Origin: Tubiluchus corallicola | Taxonomy: Eukaryota; Animalia; Priapulida | Assembly: GCA_030141605.1 (NCBI GenBank) | Contig: JAQGDQ010000841.1 | Coordinates: 24,817 to 88,816 of the forward strand | Length of the DNA stretch: 64,000 nt | Reading direction: 5' to 3' | In this document: positions 63,602-64,000 of the stretch, piece after piece | Layout of the letters: every line of letters begins with the position of its first letter | Numbering within the stretch: position 1 is the stretch's first letter | Program-made: the position numbers and the translations under genes | The notes under the pieces: generated by a model | What the model was told of the DNA's origin: nothing | The model's input: only the letters and a program-made list of their open reading frames with translations | The model's database searches: none

Positions 63602-64000
63602 CTAGAAGCACAAAAATTATTTATTTCAGTTAGTAATATGGATGTGTTCATGTTTTGTTGAGATCTTAAACTCGTTTTGGATGTGGATAAGAAAGAACAG
63701 CGCCGTCTTGTACAAAAGACTTCCCTGCAAGCTCAGTACCAGAAAATGGCACTGAAATGAAAACACAAACTTTTCGACAAGTTGCAGCAAAAAAATAAAA
63801 ATGAAAATCTTTTTAGTTTTGTACATTATAGGTCTTAATGGTCACTCACTCATTAATAAATAATTAGTTAGATTTAGTTAACAATTAGGTAATAAAAAAA
63901 TGGAAATTTATCTATAGTAGGCAGAGCTCCTAGTTTGCATCAATCTAAACATTCGTAGACCATATCAATAGTATAGCTCTTTTACTTTTGCAACCAATCT

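Larger units (their letters stand above)
51673..64000. repeat. Large inverted duplication (palindrome) centred on 57578-58160, extending past the window end
   Basis: ORF pairs mirror each other (e.g. 55954-56172+/59504-59722-, 52022-52204+/63469-63651-); coordinate sums 115673-115676. Confidence 0.97.

Overview
AT-rich, repeat-dense animal (probably invertebrate) nuclear DNA. Genes, in order: a decayed BTB-BACK pseudogene (about 1.9-3.5 kb) interrupted by an RTE LINE fragment and followed by an inverted copy of its own 3' half; an intact DCLK kinase whose whole CDS is one exon (13800-15917); an LRAT/NlpC-P60 (FAM84/LRATD-like) gene with Ser in place of the catalytic Cys (about 32.3-32.9 kb); and a 10-coding-exon TTLL4-like ATP-grasp ligase gene (44008-56168), spliced by hand with all intron phases consistent. 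The most striking observation is that this TTLL4-like protein appears to start with a signal peptide, carries N-glycosylation sequons and has a remodelled substrate loop, making it a candidate secreted or lumenal amino-acid ligase. The gene stops at a 2.3-kb element with long terminal inverted repeats (TIRs) and Maverick/Polinton-like ends. That element is the centre of a palindrome over 12 kb long (51673-64000, running off the window) that mirrors the TTLL exons on the minus strand. The rest is MITEs (Kolobok-, piggyBac-, pogo- and hAT-like), short RTE-type retroposons with target-site duplications (TSDs), LINE ends and about 17 unrelated tandem arrays. Several arrays visibly arose by in-situ amplification of splice junctions or transposon ends. 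All calls come from reading the sequence; no searches were run.
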